This document shows, one piece after another, positions 47,801 through 64,000 of a stretch of DNA of 64,000 nt. The stretch is taken from positions 62,001-126,000 of the forward strand of contig NIVC01001652.1 in NCBI GenBank assembly GCA_002269645.1. Direction: 5' to 3'. Source of the DNA: Macrostomum lignano. Taxonomy: Eukaryota. Numbering within the stretch: the stretch's first letter is position 1; each line of letters starts with the position of its first letter. Under the pieces are notes generated by a model. The model was given only the letters and a program-made list of their open reading frames with translations, was not told the DNA's origin and did not search any database. Position numbers and translations under genes: made by a program.

Positions 47801-49637
47801 TTTAAGATCTGGAGGTCGCGGGTTCGAGCCCCGCTCTGTCCATCATATTTTTACGTGATTAACAGTAGAGCTATACTAAGGTGCACGCTGCAATTCAAGA
47901 ACACGGACTTATTGGCTGTTGCGCACCTTCTCAAGCAAGAATTAAGTCGTCAGTCCTCCGGAACGTCGAGATATTCAACGATTCTACCAGAAGGTCGGAT
48001 TTTTCCCATAAGCGCCAGTGTATTCAGTACACCCCTGTGGGCCATACTGAGGGCGCCATACTGAGGGCGCCATACTGAGGGCGCCATACTGAGGGCGCCA
48101 TACTGAGGGCGCCATACTGAGGGCGCCATACTGAGGGCGCCATACTGAGGGCGCCATATAGTAAAAAAACACACCTGCAAGCAGGGTTGCTGCTCAAAGC
48201 TCTGAGCATCCTTGCCGGGATGAGCCTGATGACCCCCCTGCTGTTGCTGCTGCTGGCCGCCGCCGCCAGGAGACACCAGGCCGGCGGTCATGTGCAGCAG
48301 CCGCATCGCCTGGCTGCGTTCCCGCTCCGAATAGGTGGACACCGAGCGGGGAATGCCGCCCGAGCCGGTCGTCGACGAGGTGGACGTCGGGCCGTGCAGA
48401 TTGAGCCGCTTGGCGTCGCCTGAGGGCTCTCTGGCGGGGGGCGGAGATCGGAGCAAAGATGAAGAATTGAAGGATGCGAGTTTTATAATAGAGCGATATT
48501 GACACTTGCTTCTCTGTCGGGTTCATAAGATGTGACAGACTGCCGATCCAAAACCCAAACCCAAACCCAAACCCAAACCCAAACCCAAACCCAAACCCAA
48601 ACCCAAACCCAAACCCCAAACCCAAACCCAAACCCAAACCCAAACCCAAACCCAAACCCAAACCCAAACCCAAACCCAAACCCAAACCCAAACCCAAACC
48701 CAAACCCAAACCCAAACCCAAACCCAAACCCAAACCAAAACCCAAACCCAACACTGCAGCTCAAACTGCCATCGAACCAGCCGCATCTCCCAGCGCACCT
48801 GTCAGGCGTCAAGTCGCTGAAGAAGAGCACGCAGGTCGGGTCGGACCTCAGGAACACCAGGCAGTGGCTCCGATCGAACGGGTCGAGGCAGAGACTGCCG
48901 CCGCCAAACACAGAGTCTGGGACGGCGCCCGACATCGCCACGGAGCGGCGCCACAGCAGCGCGCCGGTGTCGGAGTTCCACAGCGCCAGCTCGCCGCCGG
49001 CCGCCAAACCAGCCGACGCCGTCGCCGAACCCGATGATCCGGCCGAGTTAGCCGACGAAGCCCCCGACGCCGCCGCCGCGGCCGCTGCCGCCGAAGACGC
49101 CGGCAGCAGGAGGCCCAGCAGGAGCTCCGGGCTCGGCCAATCCGCATCGGCCAGACTGTGGCGGCCGGACAGCCCGGCCGGCGCCTGCATTTCGGCCGAC
49201 ACTCGGCCGTCCAGAGCGTCCCAGGCCAGCAGACGGCCGTTGACGTGCCCGACGGCCAGGCGGGCCGACCAGCGACCGGGCGGTGGCGGCGCCCAGCGTG
49301 CGCGGGACACCGGCGAGGTCAGGGCTGCGGCCGCGGCTGCTGCTGAAGCCGCCGAAGCTGACGCAGGCTCCGGTAGCGTGGGCAGCAAAGTTTGCACCAC
49401 CTGGACGGTCTCCGGCTCCAGGATGAGCACGGCCGGGCCGTTGGCAACAGCCAGGAGGCCCTGCGGTCCCCAGTCGCCGACGAACTGCTGTTGAAGATGC
49501 GGATTGTGCTGGCCGACCGAGGCAATGTCGAAGGCGGCGGCCCCGCTGATGGCCTTGTAGCGGGGCGAGTAGCGGCCGCTGCTCAGCGACACGATGCCGT
49601 GGCCACCAGGGGCCGCCAAATTTGCTGCTGTTGTCAT
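38848..49637 (-). CDS. WDR11: WD repeat-containing protein 11, about 1314 aa; exons 49637-48799, 48430-48175, 47111-46857, 46555-45920, 43191-43082, 42494-41974, 41242-40776, 39708-38848
   Basis: [10 protein letters not shown]; [19 protein letters not shown]; [15 protein letters not shown]; AVQLLLET...[40 protein letters not shown], as in WDR11. All seven GT-AG introns are phase-compatible (3945 nt). Confidence 0.93.
39765..40771. repeat. About 21-bp minisatellite, WDR11 intron 7
   Basis: Unit ggagaatggggatcacac(g/a)(g/a)(g/a). Confidence 0.95.
41330..41945. repeat. 12-bp pyrimidine-rich minisatellite, WDR11 intron 6
   Basis: Unit ctctcctccgcc. Confidence 0.94.
42565..43068. repeat. 12-bp minisatellite, WDR11 intron 5
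   Basis: Unit acagaacctgtt. Confidence 0.95.
43238..45878. repeat. 23-bp minisatellite, about 2.6 kb, WDR11 intron 4
   Basis: Unit cacaggtgcagcaccaatcatca, with variants that recur in higher-order blocks. Confidence 0.97.
46584..46699. repeat. (GAGT)n microsatellite, WDR11 intron 3, followed by 3 x 22-bp gaagggaccgcaaagggatcat at about 46760-46828
   Basis: Seen directly in the sequence. Confidence 0.93.
47271..47343 (-). tRNA. tRNA-like gene or pseudogene, anticodon TAT (Ile)
   Basis: GGGCAGGTAGCGCAGTTGGTAGAGCGCCAGATTTATAATCTGGTGGTCGCGTGTTCGACCCCCGCTCGGTCCA (73 nt). Perfect anticodon stem, single mismatches in the acceptor, D and T stems, and a T-run terminator. Confidence 0.6.
47388..47720. 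repeat. 21-bp minisatellite between the two tRNA-like genes
   Basis: Unit ggaatttcca(a/t)ctagga(g/a)gtc. Confidence 0.95.
47770..47842 (+). tRNA. tRNA-like gene, anticodon TAA on a short-variable-arm body
   Basis: GGGCGGATAGCTCAGTTGGTAGAGCGCCAGCTTTAAGATCTGGAGGTCGCGGGTTCGAGCCCCGCTCTGTCCA (73 nt). Acceptor, D and T stems are fully paired, with a C-T mismatch at 31-39. Intact A and B boxes; TTTTTT terminator. Confidence 0.68.
48043..48159. repeat. 14-bp minisatellite, WDR11 intron 2
   Basis: Unit catactgagggcgc. Confidence 0.93.
48549..48751. repeat. (AAACCC)n hexamer run, WDR11 intron 1
   Basis: Seen directly in the sequence. Confidence 0.96.
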
Positions 49638-49744
49638 GGCAACCAGGTGTGGCGCTAAGAGAATCTGTGCAGCATGAGATGAGGGAGCGCTGGCGACTTG
49701 AGAATACCATGAGTACAACAGGGATTTCTTATCTTCAACTTATC

Positions 49745-49803
49745 CTGCTCAAGGACACAAATTGCTTTGAGTCGTGAGTTCGACGCTCTGACCACTAGGC
49801 TGC
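49745..49803 (-). mobile_element. Internally deleted copy of the 29.1-kb SINE
   Basis: gctcaaggacacaaattg...agtcgtgagt..gacgctct.accactaggc is shared with 29159-29243; the B-box segment is missing. Confidence 0.65.
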
Positions 49804-49814
49804 AGCGGATCTAT

Positions 49815-50033
49815 GAGAATTTCCCGCAGGAAGTTTTCCCGCCGAGGTTTTACCGCAGGGTTTTTCCTCTGTCGGGTAAATCTGGGCGGGGAAATCTGGG
49901 CGCGGAAATCTCTTGCGGGAAAACCTCCTGTGAAAAAACCTCCTGCGGGAAAACCTCCTGCGGGGAAACCCCACTGCAGGAAAAGCTCGCGTGGGAAAAC
50001 CTCGAAGAGGAAAACTTCCTGCGGGAAATTCTC
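49815..50033. mobile_element. MITE-like foldback with 25-bp perfect inverted repeats
   Basis: gagaatttcccgcaggaagttttcc (49815-49839) and ggaaaacttcctgcgggaaattctc (50009-50033), with internal cctgcggga(a)aa subrepeats. Confidence 0.65.
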
Positions 50034-50814
50034 GCGCTCCCGCTGCAACCCCTCAGAGTCTCAGTTACTCATCTGGCTACTCGTCAAAGTAGGCAATTTC
50101 GTATATAACAGTAGGTCATCTAAGTTACTCTGCACTTTGATTTCTATCGTATTCAATTTTTAGTCTTAAAGCCTGCCTCACTGCCTACGGCCACTGCAAG
50201 CTAAACAAAGGTTTTTAAAAGATCGAACACAAAAAACCAGTACATTTGAATCCACGTTGAAAAAATCAACAGAGTGGATAACTTTTCAAAGTTTCGCTGT
50301 GTACTATTTTTTTCTTAATCACAAAGATGGAATTGCCAGCAGCGAGGGGCGGCCATGTTCACCAGTTGGTTTAAGCATAGAGATGGAAATTTGAGCAGTT
50401 AAACCTGCCCATGAGATCAATCACAACTCACTACTGCTAGCTAGAGACTAAAGTATTGCACTGAGATTCTGCTGCAATTAACTATTAAAATATTGCTTTG
50501 AGTCGGTTGTAAAAAAGAATTGACTCTTAATAATGTAAACAGAAAAAAATGAGAAAAATTGCTTGATTTGCTACTCATACTACTAGCAAAACAGTATAAT
50601 AAATATCGATAACTTTCTTTCTGCAGTGCCGCCATCGCAAATCGTGCCTTCAGCTTTAGTAAGAAGTTAGAGAAGAGGGGACGGCTGACAGATCGCTCTA
50701 ATCCTTCGCATTTCGTTTGCTCTCTCGAATCTTTTAAGACTATAAGAGAAATGGCATCATATATTGCAAATTCATACAAAACTCTTACAAACTAACCGAG
50801 TCCCGAAAAAATTT

Positions 50815-51060
50815 TTAGGAAACCCTCGGGAAATCCTTGGGAAATCCTTAGGAAACCGTTAGAAATTCCTTGGGAAATCCTTGGGAAATCCTTAGGAAAC
50901 CGTTAGAAATTCCTTGGGAATTCCTTGGGAAATCCTTAGGAAACCGTTAGAAATTCCTTGGGAAATCCTTGGGAAATCCTTGGGAAATCCTTGAGAAATC
51001 CTTGGAAAATCCTTGGGGAATACTTGCTAGAAATTCTTAAGAAACCCTTAGAAACTCCTT
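50815..51060. repeat. ggaaatcctt-based minisatellite
   Basis: About 11-bp degenerate units. Confidence 0.85.
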
Positions 51061-51253
51061 TGTAAATCCTTAAGAAATTTTTGAAAAATCTTTGAGAAAT
51101 TCTTAAAAATACTTGAGAAAACTCCTCTTTTAAAAAACGAAGAACCAAATTAACAATTAAAGGTCGATACCCGCTAGACCTTAGCGTTCAAACACAGTCA
51201 TAAAGTCAGTGGAGCGATCCCGCCTTCCTCTCCCTATCCACTACTCGAGGGCC

Positions 51254-55920
<4,667 letters not shown>

Positions 55921-56074
55921 GGCTTGTGTTGTTCAGTTAAAGAGATTCAGAATGTAGATTGCACAGTCGCAAAAAAGGTCAAATTTATTTATGCAGCATA
56001 AGCAGAAAACTGTTTAGGAGCATCTAAATTTGAATTCATATCAAACCTTATTCTTATAAATTCTTATGAATTCA

Positions 56075-56665
56075 CTACTCAGCCAATCAATAACCTCTTC
56101 ACCCACCCCACTCCTCACCCCATCCTAACCACCTCACCCAATCAATAACCTCTTCACCCACCCCACTCCTCACCCCATCCCTAACCACCTCACCCAATCA
56201 ATAACCTCTTCACCCACCCCACTCCTCACCTCATCCTAACCACCTCACCCAATCAATAACCTCTTCACCCACCCCACTCCTCACCCCATCCCTAACCACC
56301 TCACCCCATCCCTACCCCCTCACCGAATCCCTAACCTCTTCACCCACCCACTCCTCACCCGATCCCTAATCTCTTCCCCCATCCCGAACCTTTCATCCCA
56401 TCCCGAACCCCCTCACCCCATCCCTAACCCCTCATCCCATCTCGAACCCCTTCACCCCATCCCGAACCCCCTCACCCCATCCCTAACCCCTCATCCCATC
56501 TCGAACCCCTTCACCCCATCCCGAACCCCTTCACCCCATCCCTAACCCCATCACCCAATCCCGAACCTCTACACCCACCCCATCCCTAACCCCCTCACCT
56601 CATCCCTAACTCCCTCACCCAATCCATAACCTCTACACCCACCCCATCCCTAACCCCTTCACCCA
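56075..56665. repeat. Degenerate C-rich minisatellite containing CCCTAA motifs
   Basis: cctcaccccatccctaac-like units. Confidence 0.85.
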
Positions 56666-57214
56666 CTGCAATTGTACCTAGAAATGAAAGCAGCTTCAGG
56701 GTGATCAAGCTAATAACATCAAGCCAAATAAAGCGGCATTATTTCACATAAAAATCGATATACTTCCATCACAAAAGGGCAAAAACAGTTGTTTAGGACT
56801 AGAGAGTTACACGTAAGCAGTACACCTGTGTGTAATAGATCGTGGATACAAGCTTCAGAGGTATGGAGCAAAAGCAGCAAAATACTAAACGTCTAATTAA
56901 TAAAAGATTATCATAAACCAAGCCTGGTGGGGTGAATGACGCAATTCTATAGATAACAACAAAATACTATGATTGCAATGGTTAAAGCAAGTCAAACAGA
57001 CATTGACTAGAATTTATTCGTATTCTAAATACACAAAATCTATAATCTAATTAAAAATATTAATAAAGCAAAAGAAATACGAGCAAACTGTGAAAAATGT
57101 GCCAAAATACCAAATTTAATATTTGATAAATCAGTTCTTGAATGAACTGTGCAAATTGCTATTAAACACGAAAAAAGCTGAGTTACGACATGAGTGTAAC
57201 GTAGCGCAAGATTT

Positions 57215-57655
57215 TAAGCTACCAAATGGCGCCAGATTGAGTAACTAAACAGCGCCAGATTGAGTTACTAATTGGCGCCAGATTGAGTTACTAAATGGCG
57301 TCAGATTAAGTTACCAAATGGCGCCAGATTGAGTTACTAAATGGCAACACATAGAGTTACTGGTACTAAACGGCGCCAGACTGAGTTACCAAATAGCGCC
57401 AGATTGAGTTACAAAATGGCGCCAGATTGATTAACTAAATGGCGCCAGATTGAGTTACTAAACGGCGCCAGATTGAGTTACTAAATGGCGCCAGATTGAG
57501 TTACTAAACGGCGCCCGATTGAGTTACTGAATGGCGCCAGATTAAGTTACTAAATAGCGCCAGATTGAGCTACTAAATGGCGCCAGATTGAGCTACTAAA
57601 TGGCGCCAGATTGAGCTACTAAATGGCGCCAGATTACAAGACTAGAAGCGCCAGA
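57215..57655. repeat. 23-bp minisatellite downstream of UNC79
   Basis: Unit taaatggcgccagattgagttac. Confidence 0.92.
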
Positions 57656-57790
57656 AATGAACTGAAAAATTTGTTTAGCAGCTCAATTTAAAAACAGTCA
57701 AAAAAGCGGGAAAAGGACAGCAAAGTCTCAGTAAAATATCAATATTTCAATGGTAAAATCCTGCTTCATCATAAAAGATACTCGAGTAGA

Positions 57791-60700
57791 TTAAGTGATG
57801 TAAATTTGAGTAGCCTGAGACGACTGGCTCTCAATGAGGCCGAGCTTGAGCACGTAGCCCTTGAGCCATTTGAGCAGCATGCCGTCAGTGAGCGATCGGT
57901 CTTGCGTGGGCGGGGCCGGCGGCTCCCAGTTGACCGTCTGCTGCAGGCGGATCTGCGTGCTGTTGTTCAGGTGGCCCGTGTGAGCGTAGAACACGGGGAT
58001 CCACAGGGCGATCAGCTGAGCGGATGTGAGGGGGGTGGCGGGCCAGATCAAGCTCAGGTAGCTGGGAGGGGCTGGGCAGATGCACTGAGGTCAGGATTAG
58101 CAACCTTGAGATCATGGGATGATTTTGAGATAACGGGATGATTTTGAGATAACGGGATGATTTTGAGATTACGGGATGATTTTGAGATTACGGGATGATT
58201 TTGAGATAACGGGATGATTTTGAGATCATGGGATGATTTTGAGATCATGGGATGATTTTGAGATAACGGGATGATTTTGAGATTACGGGATGATTATTTT
58301 GAGATCATGGGATGATTTTGAGATAACGGGATAATTTTGAGACGGGATGATTTTGAGATTACGGGATGATTATTTTGAGATCACGGGATGACTTTGAGAT
58401 CATGGGATGATCTCGTGATTTTGAGATTACGGGATGATTATTTTGAGATCATGGGATGATTATTTTGAGATCATGGGATGATTTTGAGATCATGGGATGA
58501 TTTTGAGATAACGGGATAATTTTGAGATCATGGGATGATTTTGAGATAACGGGATGATTTTGAGATTACGGGATGACTTTGAGATCATGAGATGATTTTG
58601 AGATCATGGGATGATTTTGAGATCATGGGATGATTTTGAGATCATGGGATGATTATTTTGAGATCATGGGATGATTTTGAGATCATGGAATGATTTTTGA
58701 GATCATGGGATGATTTTGAGATAACGGGATGATTTTGAGATTACGGGATGATTTTGAGATTACGGGATGATTTTGAGATAACGGGACGATTTTGAGATTA
58801 CGGGATGATTATTTTGAGATCACGGGATGATTTTGAGATAACGGGATGATTTTGAGATCATGGGATGATTTTGAGATCATGGGATGATTTTGAGATTACG
58901 GGATGATTATTTTGAGATCACGGGATGATTTTGAGATTACGGGATGATTTTGAGATCATGGGATGATTTTGAGATCATGGGATGATTTTGAGATTACGGG
59001 ATGATTATTTTGAGATTACGGGATGATTTTGAGATTACGGGATGATTATTTTGAGATCACGGGATGATTTTGAGATTACGGGATGATTATTTTGAGATCA
59101 TGGGATGATTTTGAGATTACGGGATGATTATTTTGAGATCACGGGATGATTTTGAGATTACGGGATGATTATTTTGAGATCACGGGATGATTTTGAGATA
59201 ACGGGATGATTTTGAGATAACGGGATGATTTTGAGATTACGGGATGACTTTGAGATCAAGGAATGATTTTGAGATTACGGGATGATTATTTTGAGATCAT
59301 GGGATGATTTTGAGATCATGGGATGATTTTGAGATTACGGGATGATTATTTTGAGATCACGGGATGATTTTGAGATCAAGGAATGATTTTGAGATTACGG
59401 GATGATTATTTTGAGATCACGGGATGATTTTGAGATCAAGGAATGATTTTGAGATTACGGGATGATTATTTTGAGATCACGGGATGATTTTGAGATCACG
59501 GGATGATTTTGAGATCGCGGGATGATTTTGAGATTACGGGATGATTGAGTACCATGGTCTAAAAATCACGGGATTGATTGAGAGATTAGACTCATTAGAG
59601 GCTGGCTTTGAAATTTAGGCAAATTTTGAGATTAGGGGAAAATTTGTACTGGGCGAATTTTTTTTTTTTTGGTTCAGTGACTCTGACAGTAGGTGGCGGT
59701 TCTTTTCTCACCTTAGTTAAAATGGTGGAATTGCAGGCCTTCAAAGACTCCATCATGTGCAGTAAGTGACCGTTGACAATATCGGCCAGCTGTGGACAGG
59801 TGAGGACAGGTGAGAGGGTAAACTGGGGTGAAGCAGATAGTCTAATACCATGAAAGGTTTTTTATAGCTTATTCAAAAATTGAACCAGCTAACCGTCTGC
59901 CGGCTAGCATTTTAAATAGCTCGTTGTCTGCTCTATAAGAGAAAGTGCAACATGATCTGCAAACTGATGCTTTTATAAGTAGGACCCTGAATACAGGTGC
60001 TTCGTATGGCTGCTTCCGAAAACTTATGGATTTGCAGAAAAGTCGTCCAGTAAAAGCAATGTGTTTTGAATAATTCATTTGTATTCGTCGCCTCTTAAGT
60101 TAAGACTACTTCAAGTATAAGCGGCCAAAAAACAGTCGGAAGGAGCCACGTTATATATTTCGTTATCAGGACAGGAATTATGTACACTATTGATTCAGCT
60201 GACAATGTACATCCACTGAAACCCTCTAATGAATTACGGGGTAGAGAAGGGACAGTTGTGGATGGAATAGCGGCAAAGATAAGCCAAATGAACTGAGTTG
60301 GCTGGAGGCACGTGACACGCTCTGCCCCCAGTGCAGGAAGAATGTACATTAAAGTCAATGTACATCCACTGAACCACTCTAATGAATTACGGGGTAGAGA
60401 AGGGACAGGGGTGGATGGAATAGCGGCAAAGATAAGCCAAATGAACTGAGTTGGCTGCAGGCACGTGACACGCTCTGCCCCCAGTGCAGGAAGAATGTAC
60501 ATTAAAGACAATGTACGTACATCGGCAGCTAAACCCCCTCTGAACCCTCTATCTAAATAGGGGTAGAGAAGTGGCTGGGGTTGCGTGGCGTTGATTGACC
60601 AATAAAAATTCAGAAGAAAAAAGTGCCAATACAAATAACAGGAGCAGCAAAGCATCACACAGGCCAGACGTGATGCCCAATTTTTCACTCTGTGACTTTG

Positions 60701-63629
60701 CAGTAAAAAGTACGGGGGTAATTGCCCTTAACAGTTCTCTACTATTAGTAGCAGCCTATGTGCTGTGTGACCAAAATATATTCTAGGCGGTGCAGGCGGT
60801 GGTGTCACAAAACTCAAGGATGTCAATACGAGTAGATTGTCTTTAAAAAACTCATTTAAAATAGGCAGCAGGGACTACTTGAAGTAGCTAATTAGCAAAT
60901 CTGCAGGAGGGGCACAGCGCTGGCGCGGTGTCAAATAAATAATCTTCAGTGTTGCAAAAACTGCAGAGTAAAAAAATCTTTATGCAGGGTTCAAGCTAGC
61001 TATGTGTCGAGAGGAAGTGAGGAACTGCTTATGCTGAAGGTCAATTGCATTGAAAAGCTATAAAAAACTTTGAATGAGATGAAACAATTAGAGATTAAAA
61101 CTAAACTCAACCTTAAAATGGCTAGTTCAAAAATTCAAATTAGCTAAAAGCACTAAAGTGCATATAAAGTCCCGACAAAAATGCTAGCTCAAAGCAAAAA
61201 ATTCAGGCAATCGTCTGAACAAATTGGAATGAAAGTAAACGCTTTAGAAAATTACTAAACTAGACAAGCTTTCCTATTGGTAAGGGAATGGTGTAAGAGT
61301 AGATAGTCTGAGAATAGACTGTCCGAGAGTAGACTATGAGAGTAGAGAGTAGACTATGAAATTAGACTGCTTGAGAGTATAGTGCTTGAGAGTAGACTAT
61401 GAGAGTAGACTGTCTCAGAGAAGACTATGAGAGTAGACTGGGTGAGAGAAGACTATGAGAGTAGATTATGAGAGTAGACTGTGAGAGTAGACTATGAGAG
61501 TAGACTATGAGAGTAGACTATGTGAGTTTACTGTAGATTGATCTGAAGGTGAACACACAGGTGCACGGAGCAGGTGTGCAGGAATGGCTGGCCAGTCTAC
61601 CTGCCAGTCAGTGGAGGTGGGATTAGGGATCAGTGCCGAGATCTGAGGTGCCTAATCAACAATGTGCTCAATTTCTACAGTTGCTGAGGAACAACTCATG
61701 AATTGCGGTTAGTTGGTGTTGTGGCGCAGCTGCTTTTGAGCTGAGCACAGCGGCAAAAGTTCACTCTAAATAGCTATCATTAATTTCGGTTACAAACCTC
61801 CTTGAGCGAGCGGCTCTTTGGCTGCAGTCGGATTTGTGATGCAAAACGGATTATTAGTTACGGTGCGAGCTCAACGGAGCAAAACAACTCATTAGAAGAC
61901 GTACTTTTATCTAATAAAACAAAAACTACAAATGCTGCGATTTCAAACGCAATCAGTCAGTTGCTGTGCTGAATTTTTAGCAAATAGCAACCGAATTCTT
62001 TAGTAGCTTTGATGTTAAATAATAAAAACCAAAAACCAAAATAAAGCAACTTGGTCAGTCGGCGAACGCAAAGCAAAAACCGGGCGGTGACAAAAGCAAC
62101 CACGTGACTGTGAGAGTTAAACGCAAATTACTGCAAGTTGCACAAACGTGAATCTGCCGTTCTCTAGCAAAGAAAAATGCAAGGAAACAGAAGACAATAA
62201 GAAAAAACTGAATTGCAAGCGCCTCGTGATTTTCTGACTTTGGCTAAGCAGTTTTCGGGATAAACCAACCACTAGGGTGTTCAAAGGCCATGGATAACTA
62301 ATCCTTAGGGTGTTCAAAGGCTATGGATAACTAATCCTTAGGGTTTTCAAAGGCCATGGATAACTAATCCTTAGGGTGTTCAAAGGCTATGGATAACTAA
62401 TCCTTAGGGTTTTCAAAGGCCATGGATAACTAATCCTTAGGGTGTTCAAAGGCCATGGATAACTAATCCTAGGGTGTTCGAAAGCCATGGACTACTAATC
62501 CTAGGGTTTTATAGGCCATGGATAACTAATCCATAGGGTGTTCAAAGACCATGGATTACTAATCCCTAGGGTTTTATAGGCCATGGATAACTAATCCATA
62601 GGGTGTTCAAAGACCATGGATTACTAATCCCTAGGGTTTTCAAAGGCCATGGATAACTAATCCATAGGGTGTTCAAAGACCATGGATTACTAATCCCTAG
62701 GGTTTTCAAAGGCCATGGATAACTAATCCTTAGGGTGTTCAAAGACCATGGATTACTAATCCCTAGGGTTTTCAAAGGCCATGGATAACTAATCCTTAGG
62801 GTGTTCAAAGGCCATGGATAACTAATCCCTAGGGTGTTCGAAAGCCATGGACTACTAATCCCTAGGGTTTTATAGGCCATGGATAACTAATCCATAGGGT
62901 GTTCAAAGACCATGGATTACTAATCCCTAGGGTTTTATAGGCCATGGATAACTAATCCATAGGGTGTTCAAAGACCATGGATTACTAATCCCTAGGGTTT
63001 TATAGGCCATGGATAACTAATCCATAGGGTGTTCAAAGACCATGGATTACTAATCCCTAGGGTTTTATAGGCCATGGATAACTAATCCATAGGGTGTTCA
63101 AAGGCCATGGATAACTAATCCTTAGGGTGTTCAAAGGCCATGGATAACTAATCCATAGGGTGTTCAAAGGCCATGGGCAACGAATCCCAATGCAAATTCC
63201 AGTTATAGACAACCTCAAACCGGATGTACTGAGAACAAGCCGCGGAACCGACTGGTTTAGAAACCTTAAACCCGTGATCTCACTAACAGAAGTTAGAAGC
63301 TCATTAATTTTTTTTAAATGAGAGAAATTATAAATCGCCAGCAAGAGACACAAAACCTCAATAGACGTCGCTCACACGTCAATAAAGCATCTCTTTAATG
63401 ATAAAAAACTGACCAAAATCCCGGGACCCATCTTCTGAAAATTTCTCACCCCTTTGGCGTGCGACAGGAGCTGCAGAATGCCGGGCGTCACGCGGCCCCA
63501 GAAGTCCATAATCCGCTGTCTGGCGTCGTTCGTCTGCGACGCGTCGTCAATACCGACCTCGCAGTACATGGTCCACAGGCTGCACAGGTGGAAGGCGAAG
63601 TTCAGAGCGGACATCTGCTGCACAGAGCC
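57791..63629 (-). CDS. UNC79: UNC79 (NALCN channel complex), last three exons only: 63629-63450, 59789-59712, 58015-57791; the gene continues beyond the window
   Basis: Spliced product ..LCSLWTMYCEV..IMDFWGRVTPGILQLLSHAKG|LADIVNGHLLHMMESLKACNSTILTK|LIALWIP..LQ..LKWL..IESQSSQATQIY matches the recalled UNC79 C-terminus (LWTVYCE..FWSRVTPSILQL..LMEALQECNSTIFVKLIPMWLP..EIQSSEA). All introns are phase 0. Confidence 0.9.
58108..59548. repeat. 19-bp minisatellite, UNC79 last intron
   Basis: Unit gggatgattttgagat(tac/cat/aac). Confidence 0.96.
60201..60560. repeat. 153-bp tandem duplication (2 copies plus a partial third)
   Basis: g(a/t)caatgtac recurs at 60201, 60354 and 60507. Confidence 0.9.
61315..61525. 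repeat. gagagtagactat minisatellite
   Basis: About 13-bp degenerate units. Confidence 0.85.
62272..63178. repeat. About 32-33-bp minisatellite, UNC79 intron
   Basis: Unit aggccatggataactaatcc(t/a)tagggtgttcaa, with alternating variants. Confidence 0.94.
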
Positions 63630-63779
63630 CTGGACAAGGGGGAAGACGGGCAGGGGAGGGGGCGGGAGCGATTGGTGAAACCCGCGCGAACTCGAGTTGC
63701 GCTTTGTGATTTAAAGTTGCGCCTTTGATCCGCTAGCCAATCAGTGAGATTAATTGAGACGAAATAGTGGTAGAAGTGA

Positions 63780-64000
63780 GTGGTGAGAAATGGGGTGGTG
63801 AGGAGCGGGGTAAGGAGTGGGGTGGTGAGGAGTGGAGTGGGGTGGGTGAGGAGTGGAGTGGGGTGGGTGAGCATTAGAGTGGGTGAGGTGTGGGGTAAGG
63901 AGTGTGGTGGTGAGGTGTGGGGTAAGGAGTAAGGTGGTGAGGTGTGGGGTAAGGAGTAAGGTGGTGAGGTGTGGGGTAAGGAGTGGGGTGGTGAGGTGTG
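63780..64000. repeat. G-rich minisatellite (ggtggtgaggtgtggggtaagg)
   Basis: Runs to the end of the window. Confidence 0.88.

Noticed and set aside
48549-48751. Telomere or chromosome end
   Set aside because: The unit is GGGTTT rather than TTAGGG, and it lies within a phase-consistent intron of WDR11.
60095-60688. 197-aa hydrophobic ORF resembling a membrane protein
   Set aside because: Built from a 153-bp tandem duplication inside a UNC79 intron, with no family motif or splice support.

Overview
Eukaryotic (metazoan) genomic DNA. It has GC-rich exons, GT-AG introns packed with minisatellites, and AT-rich intergenic DNA. This architecture resembles the flatworm Macrostomum lignano (inference only). 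Genes reconstructed by eye, with exon phases checked: a Cys-loop ligand-gated ion channel (+), a GDPD1-like phosphodiesterase (+), a frameshifted secreted PAN/apple-like gene (+), a divergent SAC2/INPP5F-like gene lacking the catalytic CX5R motif (+), a repeat-rich type I membrane protein (-), WDR11 (8 exons, -), an SLC3 heavy chain (4 exons, -) and the last three exons of UNC79 (-). Mobile DNA includes a very young Mag-type Gypsy LTR element (identical 328-bp LTRs, GTTGG TSD, tRNA-Ser PBS). Its single gag-pol ORF is interrupted by a 278-bp MITE that could be spliced out in frame. There is also a piggyBac remnant, tRNA-derived SINE copies and an inverted pair of tRNA-like genes. The most striking region is about 24.9-37.5 kb: a tandem minus-strand cluster of 7 small single-pass receptor genes plus an orphan tail. 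Their BCMA/BAFF-R-like Cys hairpin ectodomains and signalling tails have been duplicated and shuffled. Gene identities come from recalled family motifs, not from database searches.
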